Source: Chiloscyllium plagiosum (Eukaryota). Taken from it: a stretch of DNA of 64,000 nucleotides. The position numbers and the translations under genes are program-made. Positions 49,136-62,751 of this stretch are shown here, piece by piece. The stretch covers positions 9,286,676-9,350,675 of the forward strand of contig NC_057718.1 in assembly GCF_004010195.1 (NCBI RefSeq). Direction: 5' to 3'. Position 1 is the first letter of the stretch; each line of letters begins with the position of its first letter. The notes beneath the pieces are model-generated. The model did not search any database, was not told where the DNA came from, and saw only the letters and a program-made list of their open reading frames with translations.

Positions 49136-49337
49136 TCAACAGATGTGAGGCTGGAAAAGCACAGCATGTCAGACAGCATCCAAGGAGCAGGAGAGTCAAG
49201 GGTTCCAGCTGAAACTTCATTAGATTGACCTGAAACATTGACTCTCTGCTCCTCGGATGCTGTCTGACCTGCTGAGCTTTCCCAGCTTCACATCTACTGA
49301 CTCTTGCTTCTAGCAGCTGTGGTCCTTACCTTATCCC
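49136..49337. mobile_element. PLE family A hairpin, degenerate
   Basis: agatgtgaggctggaaaagc...gctttcccagcttcacatct inverted arms; degenerate duplication gga.acaatgg. Confidence 0.75.
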
Positions 49338-49470
49338 AGCACGGACACAATGGGCCATAGAGCCTACGTTGTAACCAACCAACAATTCTATGTCACGTAT
49401 GCTCTTTTCAAAGTCTTACTGGCTGCTGAAGCTTCACCTTGAGATGTTTCGCTCAGTGGTAATTTACTAT

Positions 49471-49807
49471 TGTCGAGAGTATTGTGCTGGAAAAGCACAG
49501 CCGGTCAGGCAGCATCCGAGGGGCAGGAGAATTGACGTTTCGGAAAAAGGCCCATCATCAGGAAGGAGGCTGGGATCCTCCGGGGTGGAGACATAAATAG
49601 GAGGGGGTTGGGGCTGCAGGAAAGGTAGCTGAGAGTGCAATAGGTAGAGAGAGATGGGGGGTAAAGGTGATAGGTCGGACGGAAGGACCTCAATCCTGTT
49701 GAAGGGCTTTTTCAATTCTCCTGCTCCTCTGATGCTGCCTGACCGGCTGTGCTTTTCCAGCATCACACTCTCAACTCTAGTCTCCAGCATCTGCAGTCCT
49801 CACTTTC
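49471..49807. mobile_element. PLE family A hairpin; minus-strand hammerhead core at ~49532-49563
   Basis: Inverted arms; minus CTGATGA-t-gggcctttttcc-GAAA-cg-TC; degenerate duplication gctc.gtg...t.actat. Confidence 0.82.
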
Positions 49808-50534
49808 GGCTCGGTGATTCACTATAGCCTTGCACCCTCGGGAGAACAGAGGGGAGGCAGATCCCAGGTCTGACTCAAACAGGATGGGAATCGAACCTGC
49901 GCTGTTAGTGTTATCACAACCCTCAGGGAAGCCAACCGAGCAAATGGGTCCCCTTTCATTCCATAAGTGCATACATTATATAATTTGTGTGCATATGTGT
50001 AGGTTCATAGCATCAATAGAACAAAAATACAGGCAAGGCACACCCTTGGTGTCCAATCTATCAAAGAGTTAATACTTCCCACTGCCTTACATCAATGCTT
50101 GCTCACAGATTTTGTTTCTCACAAATATGAATCTGCAGTGATTCATGCAACATTAGGGCATCATTATCTCTCCCTGTGATGCAATCCCTGATGCATGCTG
50201 AGTACTCGAAGCAATTTGTGACCTTTCAGAGATAATTATTTTTATGTGATACATTGGATTTACAAGGACGTCAACAATGTTAAGAAAACTTTGGTTTCCA
50301 CAGTGCCGAACAATTTTATTAACAAATTAAATAATGAATATTCAAAGAGTGAACTTGTATTAATGCAGCTCTTTGAGAAACCCACAGATTTCGAATGAAC
50401 TAATAAGCAGGGTCAGTGTTTAAATGCATCAAAGACAGCAACTACAGTAGGCAGTGAGATCCCACACAAAGCAATGAGATGGATTATCGATTCCTCTGGT
50501 TTTCTGAGGGAATTGAGATTTTCAGGGATATCGG

Positions 50535-51010
50535 GAGTTGTAGAGACATACAGCACGGAAACAGACCCTTCGATCCAACTAGTCCAGGCCACCCCTAATC
50601 CCAAACTAAACTAGTCCCACCTGCCTCCTCCTGGCACGTATCCCTGCAAACATTTCTTATTCAAGTACTTGTCCAAATGTGTTTTAAACGTAACTGTCCC
50701 CACATCCACCACATCCTCCAAACGTTCATTCCACACATCAACCACTCTGTGTAAAATAATCCCCCCTCATGTCTTTTTTAAATCTTTCTCCTCTCACCTT
50801 AAAAATATGCCCCTGGTCTTGAAATCCCCCACCCTAGGGAAAAAAAAACCTGTCACTCACTTTATATATACCCTTCACGATTTTATAAACCTTTATAAGG
50901 TCACCCTTCAAGCTCCTATGCTCAGTCCCAGTCTATCCAGCCTCCCCCTATAACCCAAACCCTCCTGGAAACATCCTGGTAAATCCCTTCTGACCTCCCT
51001 CCAAACTTAC
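50535..51010 (-). mobile_element. CR1 3' fragment
   Basis: Reverse complement of the CR1 3' end through gattttataaacctttataaggtcacc. Confidence 0.85.
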
Positions 51011-51581
51011 AACCCTCCAAGGTCTCTGCACTCCTGCAATTCTGGCCTCTTCACTCCAGCATTGGTGTCCAGGCCTTTTGTAATTTATTCCCTGCCCTCT
51101 GGAATTCCTTCCCCCAACCCTGATTGACAATCTATTGTCTCTTCCACTCCCCCGGTTACCATGGATTCTCCGCCAGCAACCTTCTTGCTTGCACTCCCTC
51201 CTGACTACTGGACACTTTGACTGGCTGAAGGGGTCCTGCCCAAATTTTTGACATGACTACCATGCCCTTGGTCTTTCCACAAGCTTCAGCCAATTTAACA
51301 AAATCCCATCTCTCCTAAAATTGGAGCTCAAAATGTCTTTCTTTCCATTTGAGCATGAGCAGTAAGCACAACCTGGAGGGTAGACCAATGGTTGATCAGG
51401 TGATAGCATCTCAACTACAGCTGTCCAGAGGTGACGTCCCTAGCACAATACACACACACACAAACACATACATGTATACACACATATACATATAAACACA
51501 TACATGCACACACACCCATAAACACACAAACACAGAAATGAATGTAGACAGACTACACACTTATCCATAAACATGCATGTA

Positions 51582-51912
51582 TGATGGCTCAGTGGTTATC
51601 ACTGCTGCCAGGGACCTGGGTCTGATTCTAGCCTCGGGCCACTGTCTGGGTGGAGTTTGCAATTTCTCCCTATGTCTGCGTGGGTTTCCTCTAGGTGCTC
51701 CAGATTCCTCTCACAATCCAAAGATGTGCAGGTTTGGTGGATTAGCAATGAGGAATTGCCCACAGTGTCCAGGGATGTGCAGGCTAGGTAGGTTAGCCAT
51801 GAGAAATGCAGAGTTACAGGGATAGGAGAGGGTTGAGTCTGGGTGGAATGTTCTTCGATGGGTCAGTGTGAACTCAATGGGCTGAATGGCCTGCTCCCAC
51901 ACTATAGAATTT
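51582..51912 (+). mobile_element. HE1-type V-SINE inside a CA-rich microsatellite (~51444-51975)
   Basis: tggctcagtggtt head, V-domain and CR1-like tail. Confidence 0.82.
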
Positions 51913-51979
51913 TTATAAGTGAATATATACATGTACACACGTACATGTACACACACACCCATACATATACATGCAGTAA

Positions 51980-52135
51980 CTTATAGAGCTGAACAGCATG
52001 AAAACAAACCCTTCAATCCAATTCGTCCATGCCAACCAGATATCCTAAATTAACATAGGCCCATTTGCCAGCAGTTGGCCCATATCCCTCTAAACCCTTC
52101 CTATTCATATACCCATCCAGGTGCCTTATAAATGT
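51980..52135 (-). mobile_element. CR1 3' end fragment
   Basis: ggcccatatccctctaaacccttcctattcatatacccatccag. Confidence 0.85.
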
Positions 52136-54004
52136 TTGACCAGAGAAGAAACCTGAAGAAAGATTGGTTTGAGGAAGAAACAGCACCAACTGTTGAAGCA
52201 AACAGCGCTGCTGGCCAAGATTACAACCTGTCTCCTAATCCTAAAGCATGTGATGATTCAAGATGGTGCCAACTGGGCAACTCTTTGCGAGCTCTCGACA
52301 GCAGATCTTATTCTCACATTCTTAAGGCCATTCTGCACTTTTAAACCTAAATTCTACATCTGTAAAAATTAATTTGTTATTAGACTACTGAATGAACCTC
52401 TCTAACTGCAAATAGTGTGGATGTTGCTTTGTGTACCTCCTGTACAGTGTAACCCTGTAGGCCTCACTCTGTCTAAGCACCCTGTGACCTATATGTCCTT
52501 GTTTGCTATGATCTGTCTGTACTGCTCACAAAACAAGACTTTCACTGTGCTTAGGTGCACGTGACTACAATCCATCAAATCCAACATGCATCGGATCAAT
52601 CGATGTGAACACAAATTGTTAGCGACAATGGCAACCTGAGGGCTGTGTCCAGGTGAAGTGGAAAGAGCACTCGGCACCTTTCTCACTGAATGTCCTTTCA
52701 GGAAGGAGCACGCAGAGGGAATCTGCACAGACAGAGGGAAGAACATGCACACTCCACACAGACGGTCACCCAAGGACAGAATCAAACCTGGGTCCCTGGC
52801 ACTGTGAGGCAACAGTGCTAGCCATTAAGCCACAGCAGACCCCATTAGGTTAATGAACTTTCTTGTGAAATCAAGAAGTAGTCTTACACACAACTGAATG
52901 GATTTTGCTTCCCTGTCATGAAATCATTTGAATTTTTCATTCCTTCATATGTTAACCACCAGCAGTGAATCACCCAGATAGATGTTTGGAGATTTATAGG
53001 CAAAGCCCATTAAGGGCAGTGCAAACTACTAAAGGTGATGGGTTAAGGGGAGGGGGTGAGGGAGAACAGGAAGGGGTAAAGGACATGGAGGGGGAAATAA
53101 AGTACACCACAGCCTGTGCTGTCCACTTCTCTCTGAAGGCATCGAGAGAGTTGGTGGACACCACATACTCCCTCACCAAGAGCACGCAGGAACACGTGTA
53201 GACCCAACTTGTTGAGCTCTGGATTTCAACAAAATTCACATTTCACCAACTGCCACAGATGGGATTGGAGCCCAGGTCCTGCAAACATTAACCTGCAGTT
53301 TAGGATCAACAGTGCGGCAACATTACCGCTACACTATTGCCTCCCCAAGGATGTTGTTGAAAGAGACACAAAAGCCTCATTGGTAATCGTGACAAGTTGG
53401 GTTGCACACCACCCCCCCCCCCCCACCACACCCCTCACCCCCACCCCCCCACTTCAAGCTGACAATGGAGGTCAATGGTGCTACCAGCCAACGGTAGAGT
53501 TTGCCATGCCATCAACACGAGGTCTCAGCAGATACCTGCAGACAAGGCACCAGCCTGCTGCACTGGCATGGGGCCAACCTCAGATGCTGCACCCATGCTG
53601 CAGATGTTGACGTTGGCCTGTTCGGCCATGGATAAAGTCGATCTCTCCTGACCTCGCCTAGTTCCCACCGGCGAGGCTGAGACTGAGACTGAAGAATGTG
53701 CTGCCTCAGTGTGCTGGGGGCAGATCCAATCAGATCTCCCTGCAGAGAATTGGACAATTACCTGAAGAGAAAACATTTTCAGGGCTGTGGGGGATTGGCT
53801 GGGAGAGACGGACTCATTCTTACAGTGAGCTGGCATGAGAATGAGGGACCAAATAGCCTCTTTCTGAGCATTCAATGTTTCTACATTTCAATATAGAAGC
53901 AAGGAGATTTCCCAATGTTTTGGTATAAGCTTCCCCTGAGCATTCTGTCCTCTTTAGTGTATTTAGCTTACACCCCAGCGTTGCTAAGTATACAGATTGA
54001 CATC

Positions 54005-54340
54005 AGTATACATAACATACACACATATATACACACAAATAAACACACATACGCATATACATACACACACACACAGACCCACACTGATAGACAAATACAT
54101 ACTCGCGCACACACACGTGTCGGCACATGCACACAAACACACATATACAGACACAGACATACACAGACTTGCAAACACACACACAACACATACATACACA
54201 CATCGTTACACCCACAGACATATACACACACAACACATACACAGACACACGTACAGACACAAGCAAACACAAACACACACACAAACATTAAGACACTTAC
54301 AGACACACACACACATATATACACGCACAAACAAACAAAC
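54005..54340. repeat. Cryptic (CA)n microsatellite
   Basis: CA/TA-rich run that generates spurious His/Thr ORFs. Confidence 0.92.
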
Positions 54341-54689
54341 ATGTGCCAATATCTAGATATTGATGCCATCTGCCTGCTCATGCTGGCCTGATGTTCAGAG
54401 ATTACTGGAATTATTAGCAGAGAGTTTAACGGTCTAACACCACACATTGTGTTGGAATCCCAACACAAACTCAATTAATTCTATTCCCCATTGGGTAATA
54501 TTTATCCACTCATCACTGCAACACTTAGATTAAACATCACTTCATTTGGCTGCTGTCACTTAATGCCACTTCAACCTTATGATCCACAACAATAAACTCC
54601 TCAATACAGGGCTATTCTCAATCATAGGATCATAACATCCATACTGGGTTCGTCTTAAAAAAACAAACAATGTCATTGGTCACAGAAAC

Positions 54690-55992
54690 ATACATAGAAA
54701 GGGACAAATTAGAAACAGGAGTAGGCCATTCGGCCCCTTGAACCTGTTCTGCCATTCAATAAATTCTGCTTGCTTAACATTCATGCTACCCCAATAACTT
54801 TTCATGCACCTCCCCTCTCCCTCCCCACCAGTGACCACCCACCCACACTCCAAGGCCCAGTCTTCCCACCACCCCAGGAGTAAGTCTGCTGAACCTTTGT
54901 TGCTCTCCATCAATAGTGATAACGTCTTGTTCTGAGGTAAGGGGACCGAAACTGTACACAATACCCCATGTATGGGCTAACCACGTTCCTACACAATTGA
55001 AGCAAAGCTTCATTAATCCTGTGCTTAAATCTTCTTGCAATATAACATTCTATGACCCTTCCTAATGGCTTACTGCATCTCCCTGTTAGTCTTCAGTGTT
55101 GTCGAACTGAGCGATCTTAGGGTGTAGGAACATTGTTCCTTGCAAATGGTATCGCACGTAGACAGCATGGTGAAGGCGGCATTTTGCATGCTGGCCTTCA
55201 TCAGTTAGACCATCGATTACAGAAATTGGGGCATCATGTTATGCTGTACAAGAAATTGGTAAGGCCATATTTGGAGCCCTGCTATAGGAAGGATATTATT
55301 AACTGGAATGAGTGCAAAAAAGATTTACAAGGACATTATCAAGACTGGAAGGTTTGACTTATAAAGGGAGACTGGAACCTTTTTTCACTGGGGTGTCGAA
55401 ATTGAGGAGTGACCGTATAGAGATTTATAAAATCATGAGAGGCATAGATAAGGTCTATAAGCTAAGGTTTTTTTCCCTCAGGTAGGGGAGTCCAAAACTG
55501 GAGGCATAGTTTAAGTGAGAGGGGAAAAGATTTAAAAGGAACCTGAGGGGCAACGTTTTCACATAGCGGGTGGTGTGTGTTCACTGGGGTGTCGAAATTG
55601 AGGAGTGACCGTATAGAGATTTATAAAATCATGAGAGGCATAGATAAGGTCTATAAGCTAAGGTTTTTTTTCCCTCAGGTAGGGGAGTCCAAAACCGGAG
55701 GCATAGTTTAAGTGAGAGGGGAAAAGATTTAAAAGGAACCTGAGGGGCAACGTTTTCACGTAGCGGGTGGTGTGTGTATGGAATGAACTGCCAGAGGAAG
55801 TGGTAGACACAGGTATAGTTACAAAATTTAGACAGGTGAGTGAATAGGAAATGTTTCGAAGGTTATGGGCCAAACACGGATAAATGGGACCAGTTTAATT
55901 AGGGAAACCTGATCAGCATGGAGTAGTTGGACTGAAGAATGTGTTTCCATGTTGTGTGACTCTATCACACTTTGACTCTATGTCTCTATGAC
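54690..55992. mobile_element. Old CR1 on minus (~54690-55100) and CR1 on plus (~55100-55992) with an internal tandem duplication
   Basis: LYKKLVRPYLE ORF piece; 55384-55579 is repeated at 55580-55777. Confidence 0.85.
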
Positions 55993-56159
55993 AAGGACAC
56001 CCAGGTCCTTTCACACATTCCATTTTCCAACTTCTCACCATTCCAAAAGTATTCTGCACATCTGCTTCTCCAACCAAGGTGGGTAGCTACTCTGTGGGAG
56101 TCAGTCAAATGCACTTCAAGTTCATTAACTTCCCAAAGTGTTAGCTACTAAGCTCCATA

Positions 56160-56780
56160 AGAAGGTGGTGTTTGGTACACTTGCCTTTATTGGTCTGTGC
56201 ATTGACTATATGAAGTGGGATATGATGTTGCGGCTGTACAGGACATTGGTTCAGCCACTTTTGGAATGCTGTGTGCAATTCTGGTCTCCCTCCAAAGGAA
56301 GGATGGTGTGAAATTTTAAAGAAATGATTGACAAGGATGTTGCCAGCATTGGAGGGTTTGAGCTAGAGGGAGAGGCTGAATTGGCTGGGGCTGTTTTCCC
56401 TGGAGCGTCAGAGACTGAGGGGTCACCTTATAGAGGTTTATAAAATCATGAGGGGCTTGGCTAAGGTCTTTTCCCTGGGTTAGTGGAGTCCAGAACTAGA
56501 GGGCGCAGCTTTAGGGTGAGCGGGGAAAGATTTAAAAAAGATCTAAGGAGCAACATTTTCATGCAGAGGGTGGTACGTGTATGGAATGAGCTGCCAGAGG
56601 AAGTAGTGGAGGCGGGTACAATTATAACATTTAAAAGACATCTGGATGGGTATATGAATAGGAAGGTTTAGAGAGATATGGACCGAATGTTGGCAAATGA
56701 GACAAGATTAATTTGGGATAGCTTGTCGGCATGGACTGAAGGGTCTGTTTGCGAGCTACATATCTCGATGACTCCATGAG
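56160..56780 (+). mobile_element. CR1 (HER1-like) 3' fragment
   Basis: ESRTRG.SFRVSGERFKKDLRSNIFMQRVVRVWNELP. Confidence 0.9.
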
Positions 56781-57735
56781 GTTATCCCTAGTATCCTGGT
56801 TAGTATTTATGCCTCAAACAACATCAAAGGACAGGATGATACTGTCAGTACTACACGGCTGATTGTGGGAGTTTGCTGTACACAGCATCACTTTTCCTAC
56901 ATTACAATGGCAGCCATACTTGTATAGGTTCCTCATGAGCTATTACACTGTGAAGTCCTGAGGTTGTAAAAACTGATTGGAATTGTATAACCTCTTCAAA
57001 ATCTCTGTGCAAAAAAAAAAAAATCAGTGATGTGAACCATGGCAACATTAATGATTCTGGGTGTTCATTTTTGGATGGAGTTGACATATCTCAATGAAGT
57101 AGCTCCAGAACAACAGAAATGCAGCAGAACGCAGCACTGGTAGGCCAGAGGGACAACCAAAATCTCAAACCCAGTAGAGAATTGAATTGAATTGAATTTA
57201 TTGTCACGTGTACAGAGGCACAGTGAAAAGTTTTGTCTTGTGATCAGTACAGGCAGATCACAGGATTAAATAGCATAGGTAAGTAAATAAAGGAAAGAAT
57301 GCCACAACGAAAGGAGTGAAATCCACAGTGAGGCAGAGAACAAAGAGTTACCACAACATGAAGTCTTGATGATTCATCAGAACAGGTTCTGACAGGACCA
57401 AGGCATGAGAACACAGACAAACATCTCCAGCTACCAACACGGGGATGAGACCATCCTTCTCTCACACCGTGAACTGATCAATCGGATTCAGTGGAAGGGA
57501 AAGAGGGCAAGAAAGAAAAGGTGGACAGACATGAGTTTACATGGTACCTTTCACAACCTCCCAATACCAACAAAGTACGTCTGAGGTACTATCACTGTCC
57601 AACACTGGAAATGCAACAGCCACTTTTTAAAATTGAACTGACGGACGTGGGCATCATTGGTTGCGCCGGTATTTATTGCCCGTCCTTAATTGCCCCCGAG
57701 AAGGTGGTGAGCTGTCTTCTTGAACCGCTGCCGTA

Positions 57736-57907
57736 CAGAGGAATCTTGATATCTGGCATTCGATTATCCGAATGTCGGATGATCCAGCAAGATCGCAAGG
57801 TCCCAATGCTCGGCTAAACTATAATATCCGGCATTCAATTATCCAAAATTCGATTAACCGAATGAAATACTCTCCCCCGGTGCTATTGGACAATCGAGGT
57901 TCCTCTG
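57736..57907. mobile_element. Short Tigger/pogo-like MITE inside a second-family LINE fragment (~57625-58100, minus)
   Basis: TA-cagaggaatcttgat...atcgaggttcctctg-TA, with internal attcgattatccg subrepeats. Confidence 0.8.
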
Positions 57908-58519
57908 TAGTTAAGAGTGTAGCTATACCCGGAGTGACATTATGGAGAGAATTCCAGGAATTTGACCCAGTGACCTTGAAGGAACAGCTATCTATTTCCG
58001 AGTCAGGACAGTGAGTGGCTCGGAGGAGAACTTGCAGATAGTGGTGTTCCTGTGTATCTGGTGCCTTTGTCCTTCCAGATGGAAGTGGGTTTGGAAGGCT
58101 CTGTAACCTGGATATGTTCCTTTCCCCTGGAGGGGGCAACCCCTTGTCAATGTACATATTTAACTTGGTTCATTTCCAGGCCAGCCACAGAGAATGATTT
58201 AAAAAAGCACAAAACACAGTCAAAGCAGATGATTTGCAAGGGATCTTTGGTAAAGTAAGTGAACTGCAGTTAGGGAGGAGGAATTTGTGGTATTGTCCGC
58301 GTGACCATTCTTGGGGCCAGATGGTATTTGCCACCTTTAACAGTATGTGGCACTGGGTATGGTGTCTGAATTAGTTCACCGCCACCAATCCTCTTTTGTC
58401 TTTGCTTTCACCTGCACCTACAGAGTGATTCGTGATCAAGAATAAAGCACAGTAAGGTACCTACTAAAGAAACACTATTCTTAGACAACGAGGATATTTA
58501 TTGCATGACTGCAATAAAT

Positions 58520-59140
58520 ATAAGACCATCACACCATACGATATAGGTGCAGAATTAGGCCATTTGGCCCATCATGTCGGTTCCACCATTCAACGATAGC
58601 TGATATGTTTCTCAATCCGTTGTCCTGCCTTCTCCCTACGTCAGATGGCAGGGTGGCTCACAGGGCCAGGAACCTGGGCTCAATTCCAGCCTTGAGCAAC
58701 TGTTGATGTGGAGTTTGCTCCCAGTGTCTGCATGGGTTTCCTCTGGATTCTCTGGTTTCCTCCCACAATACGAAGACGTGCAGATTAGATGAGTTGGCCA
58801 TACTAAAATTGTCCCATAGTGTTCAAGGATCTGTAGGTTAGGGGAATGGGTCTGGGTGGGTTGTCCTTTGGAGGGTCAGAGTGCACTAGTTGGGCCAAAT
58901 GTAGGGATTCTATGATAATGCCTGCACCCCTTACAAATCAAGAATCTATCTATCTCCGTCTTAAATATGCCCAATGACTTGGCCTCCACAACCTTCTATG
59001 ACAAAAAAATCCACAGATTCGCCACCTTTTGGCTGAAGAAACCCGTCCTCCTCAGTTCTAAAAGGTCATCCCTTAACTCTGTGTCTCCTACTCTTGGAAA
59101 CATATTTCCACATTCACTCTATCCAGGCCTACTCAGTATT
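58520..59140 (-). mobile_element. CR1 3' fragment interrupted by an HE1 SINE (~58645-58914, +)
   Basis: CR1 3' UTR on minus resumes after the SINE tail gggattctatg. Confidence 0.75.
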
Positions 59141-59321
59141 GTATTATTTCAAAGTGCTATGACGTTTTGTCAGGTGTAATGCACAAACACTTCAGGGAGC
59201 TGGTTCAGGCATACCTGCTCCCTTCAGAGTCATCAGACTTCTTGTCTCCACCCACTCATGTCAAAAGTGAAATGGGTGGAGCCAATGTCACTCAAATATT
59301 AACCCTTTCACATCCACTAGG

Positions 59322-59662
59322 GCATAGAGTCATAGAGATGTACAGCATGGAAACAACTTGCAGTCCAACTCGTCCATGCCCACCAGATATTCTAACCTAA
59401 TCTGGTCCCATTTTCCAGCACTTGGCCCATATCCTTCTAAACCCTTCCTATTCATATACCTATCCAGATGCCTTTTAAATGTTGTAATTGTACCAGCCTC
59501 CAGCACTTCCTCTAGTAGCTCATTCCATACATGCATCACCCTCTGTGTGAAAACGTTGATCCTGAGATCACTTTTATATCTTTCCCCTCTCACCCTAAAC
59601 CTAAGCCCTCTAAGTTCCGGACTCCCCCACCCCAGGGAAAAGACCTTGTCTATTTATCCTAC
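59322..59662 (-). mobile_element. CR1 (HER1-like) 3' fragment
   Basis: Minus ORF FTQRVMHVWNELLEEVLEAGTITTFKRHLD. Confidence 0.9.
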
Positions 59663-60719
59663 CCAACACATTTTGGGATTGAGCATCCAGTGGACAAGGA
59701 AGCACATATGGAAGGGGATGGAGGGATGGGACTGCAGGGAGCAGAAAGTAAAGGGATCCCTCCGTCAGCTGGAAGGTTGCTCTGGATCAGACTGTTGCTA
59801 ACAGCACGGGGTTCGAACCCCATTTTGCTCGGGGATGGAATGCCAGACGTGGGAGCTACAACCGGCTCAGGAAAGGACCTCCCAAGTCACAACATGGAAT
59901 TAAAATCGGAGGAGGAGGAGATTTGAGGCCTGTACATGTCAGTCTCAGTGAGTGACCATGAGGTGCTCTCAGTGTGCTCAATCCGTTCCGCCCTGCAATC
60001 ACAACACAATTCCAGTCTTTAAGAGGGATTTAGGGTGGAAACAGCAAGGTTTATTGAGAAGGAATAGGATCAAAGAGACAGGGATCAGGATTATGAGCTT
60101 AGCAAACTGTGAGCTCAGTGTGATGGGAGGTGTAGCTTCTTTTTGTTACCAATTTTTTTTTGCTTAAGCTTTAGCTCCTCTTCTGAGCCCTGCCCTGTCT
60201 TTATTCTGTTTTTCCCCAAAAAATAGTGTTTTCTTTTAAATTTCAGTCTTCTTAAAGCTTTGATTATTGTGAAGGGTTTGGGGGTGGGGGGCAGGTGGGG
60301 AAGTGAGGTGTTAGTCTCATGATGTAGGGTGGTCCAACAACCTTTCTCTGTCCTGAGCTTAAGTCATTTACCCTGAGCAAACCTATGCAGACAGGCTATT
60401 CCACTGTAGGCACCATCACATCTCAGCCTGATCCTGACCATCGACCGAGAATGTGCAAGATCCAGAGAGTGGATCAAACATGGAACTCACTATCACAAAG
60501 AGAGCTTAAAACCAACACCACAAACCAGGAGAAGCTAGATACACACAGAGACAAAAGCAAGACAGGGAAGCACTGAGAGATTGGGATAAGAACACAAGTG
60601 AGGCTTAAATGCCCTTTATTCCTTCTTCAATTTTCTCCTCTCTCTCCTTCTGGTCAGCATGCATGAATTGGACTGAAAATTCTGTTTCTGTGCTGTATAT
60701 CTCTATGACCATATGATTC

Positions 60720-61500
60720 TATTACCATGGAAACAGACCCTTCGATCCAACTCATACATGCTGACCAAATATCCTAAATTAATCTAGCCGCATTGTCAGT
60801 ATTTGGCCCATATCCTTCTAAACCATTCCTATTCATGTACCCCGATGCCTTTTAAATGTTATAATTGTACCAGCCTCCACCACTTCCTCTGGCAGCTCAT
60901 TCCACTCACGCACCACCCTCTGCATGAAAAAGTTGCTCCTCAAGTCCCTTTTAAATCCTTCCCCTCTCACCTTAAACCTATACATTCAAGTTTTGGACTC
61001 CTCCACCCTGGGGAAAAGGCCTTGGCTACTTATCCTATCCATGCACCCCCATGTGGGTGATACGGTGGCTCAGTGGTTAGCACTGCTGCCTCACAGCACT
61101 AGGGACCCAGATTCAATTCCGGCCTCGGGCGACTGTCTGTGTGGAGTTTGCACATTCTCCCAGTGTCTGCGTGGGTTTCCTCCGGGTGCTCCGGTTTCCT
61201 CCCACAGTCAAAGATGTGCAGGTCAGATGAATTAGCCACGCTAAATTGCCCATAGTGTTAGGTGCATTAGTCAGGGTAAATATAGGGTCGGGGAATGGGT
61301 CTGGGTGGGTTTCTCTTCAGAGGGTCAGTATGAACTTGTTGGGCCGAAGGACTTGTTTCCGTACTGTAAAGTATCTAATCTAATGATTTTATGAACCTCT
61401 AAGGTCACCCTTCAGCCTCCAATGCTCCAGGTAAACAGCCCCAGCCTATTCAGCCTCTCTCTGCAGCTCAAACTCTCCAATCCCGGCCACATCCTCATCC
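60720..61500 (-). mobile_element. CR1 3' fragment interrupted by a full HE1 SINE (~61055-61383, +)
   Basis: CR1 cccccatg|attttat is split by a SINE with A/B boxes, V-domain and aatct tail. Confidence 0.88.
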
Positions 61501-62001
61501 TGAGGCCAAGGATACTGGGAGTCATGAACAGCCAGTGACGCATGACGTTTAGATTAAAAGTTCCACAATGGTCAACTATCTCAGTGCTATGCACCAGAAC
61601 AGAGGCTATGTACATTGAGTTCTTATGAATGAGATACTATATGATTTAGCACAGTTGGATAAAACTTGCTTGTGGAGTACTGTAGCTTAATCAGCCGTTA
61701 CCATTTAGATCACATTGTGTCAGCCTGAGTAAGCTATAGTTGGAACGTCTCAATATTAAATAATGTTACAGAGCATGTATTTTCACATTCATTATAATTT
61801 GAAAGGCTGCTTAGTTATCACAATTTTGTTTTTTAAGCCATTATCTCTGTGGCTTGTTCCTAAGGTTCCTTCTCTTGATTTTATTCACGGCCAAAACTGG
61901 TATTTGCTACCTCAATCCCAGTTGCCCTCAGCTTACTAGGGGCATTTCCAAAGGCAGTTAAAAGTCAACCTCATTGCTGTGGGTCTTGAGTCACGCGTAG
62001 G

Positions 62002-62224
62002 AGAAAGTGAGGACTGCCGATACTGGAGAGTCAAAGTCAAAAAGTGAGGTCACTGGAAAAAGCACAGCAGGTCAGGCAGCATCCGAAGAGCAGGAGAATC
62101 GATGTGTCAGGCATAACCTTTCATCAAGATTTCCTGCTGAAGGACTTATGTCCAGAACATCAACTCTCCTGCTCCTCGGATGCTGCCTGACCTGCTGTGT
62201 TTTTCCAGCGCCACACATTTCAAT
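62002..62224. mobile_element. PLE family A hairpin, degenerate hammerheads
   Basis: Inverted arms; duplication ttgagtcacgcgtagg / ttgaagtcacatgtagg. Confidence 0.82.
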
Positions 62225-62751
62225 TTGAAGTCACATGTAGGCCAGACCAGAGTAGCGCAGCAGATTTCCTTCTCTTAAAGGACGTGAGAGAATCAGTTGG
62301 GTTTTAAACGTTAATGCTAGCTGTCACAATCGCCATCAGTGAGACTTGCTTTATACTCCACATTTTTCTTTATATGTTTTTCATGGACTAGACCAGACCT
62401 CCACAAAATATATTACGACGGTTGCCTAGACCCTAATGTTTTCTTACTTTACAGATAAATTTGAAGTGCTGCGCTTCAGATGTAATATGATTAGTCAACT
62501 TACTAGATGTTAATCAAAACACAATTTATTCAAATATTATAGTTAAAATTCAACTAAAAGAAAAAGGAACTTGGAAAAACTCTGTTGGAAAACTTAATAG
62601 AATAATAGATAGAGTAACTATTACTAATTAACTGTTCCATTATAGTAACATCTCATAAACACACCCCTTGGCAAAAGGCAAATCTAGAAAACAAATTTTG
62701 TCTCACATGCAGTTCTCTAATCCAGGAGGAAAGAACATCAAGAAACAATTG

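Noticed and set aside
53915..54474. His/Thr- and Cys/Val-rich ORFs
   Set aside because: They are translations of a CA microsatellite.
58423..58456. Micro-exon with a good acceptor and gtaag donor
   Set aside because: There are stop codons in all three frames.
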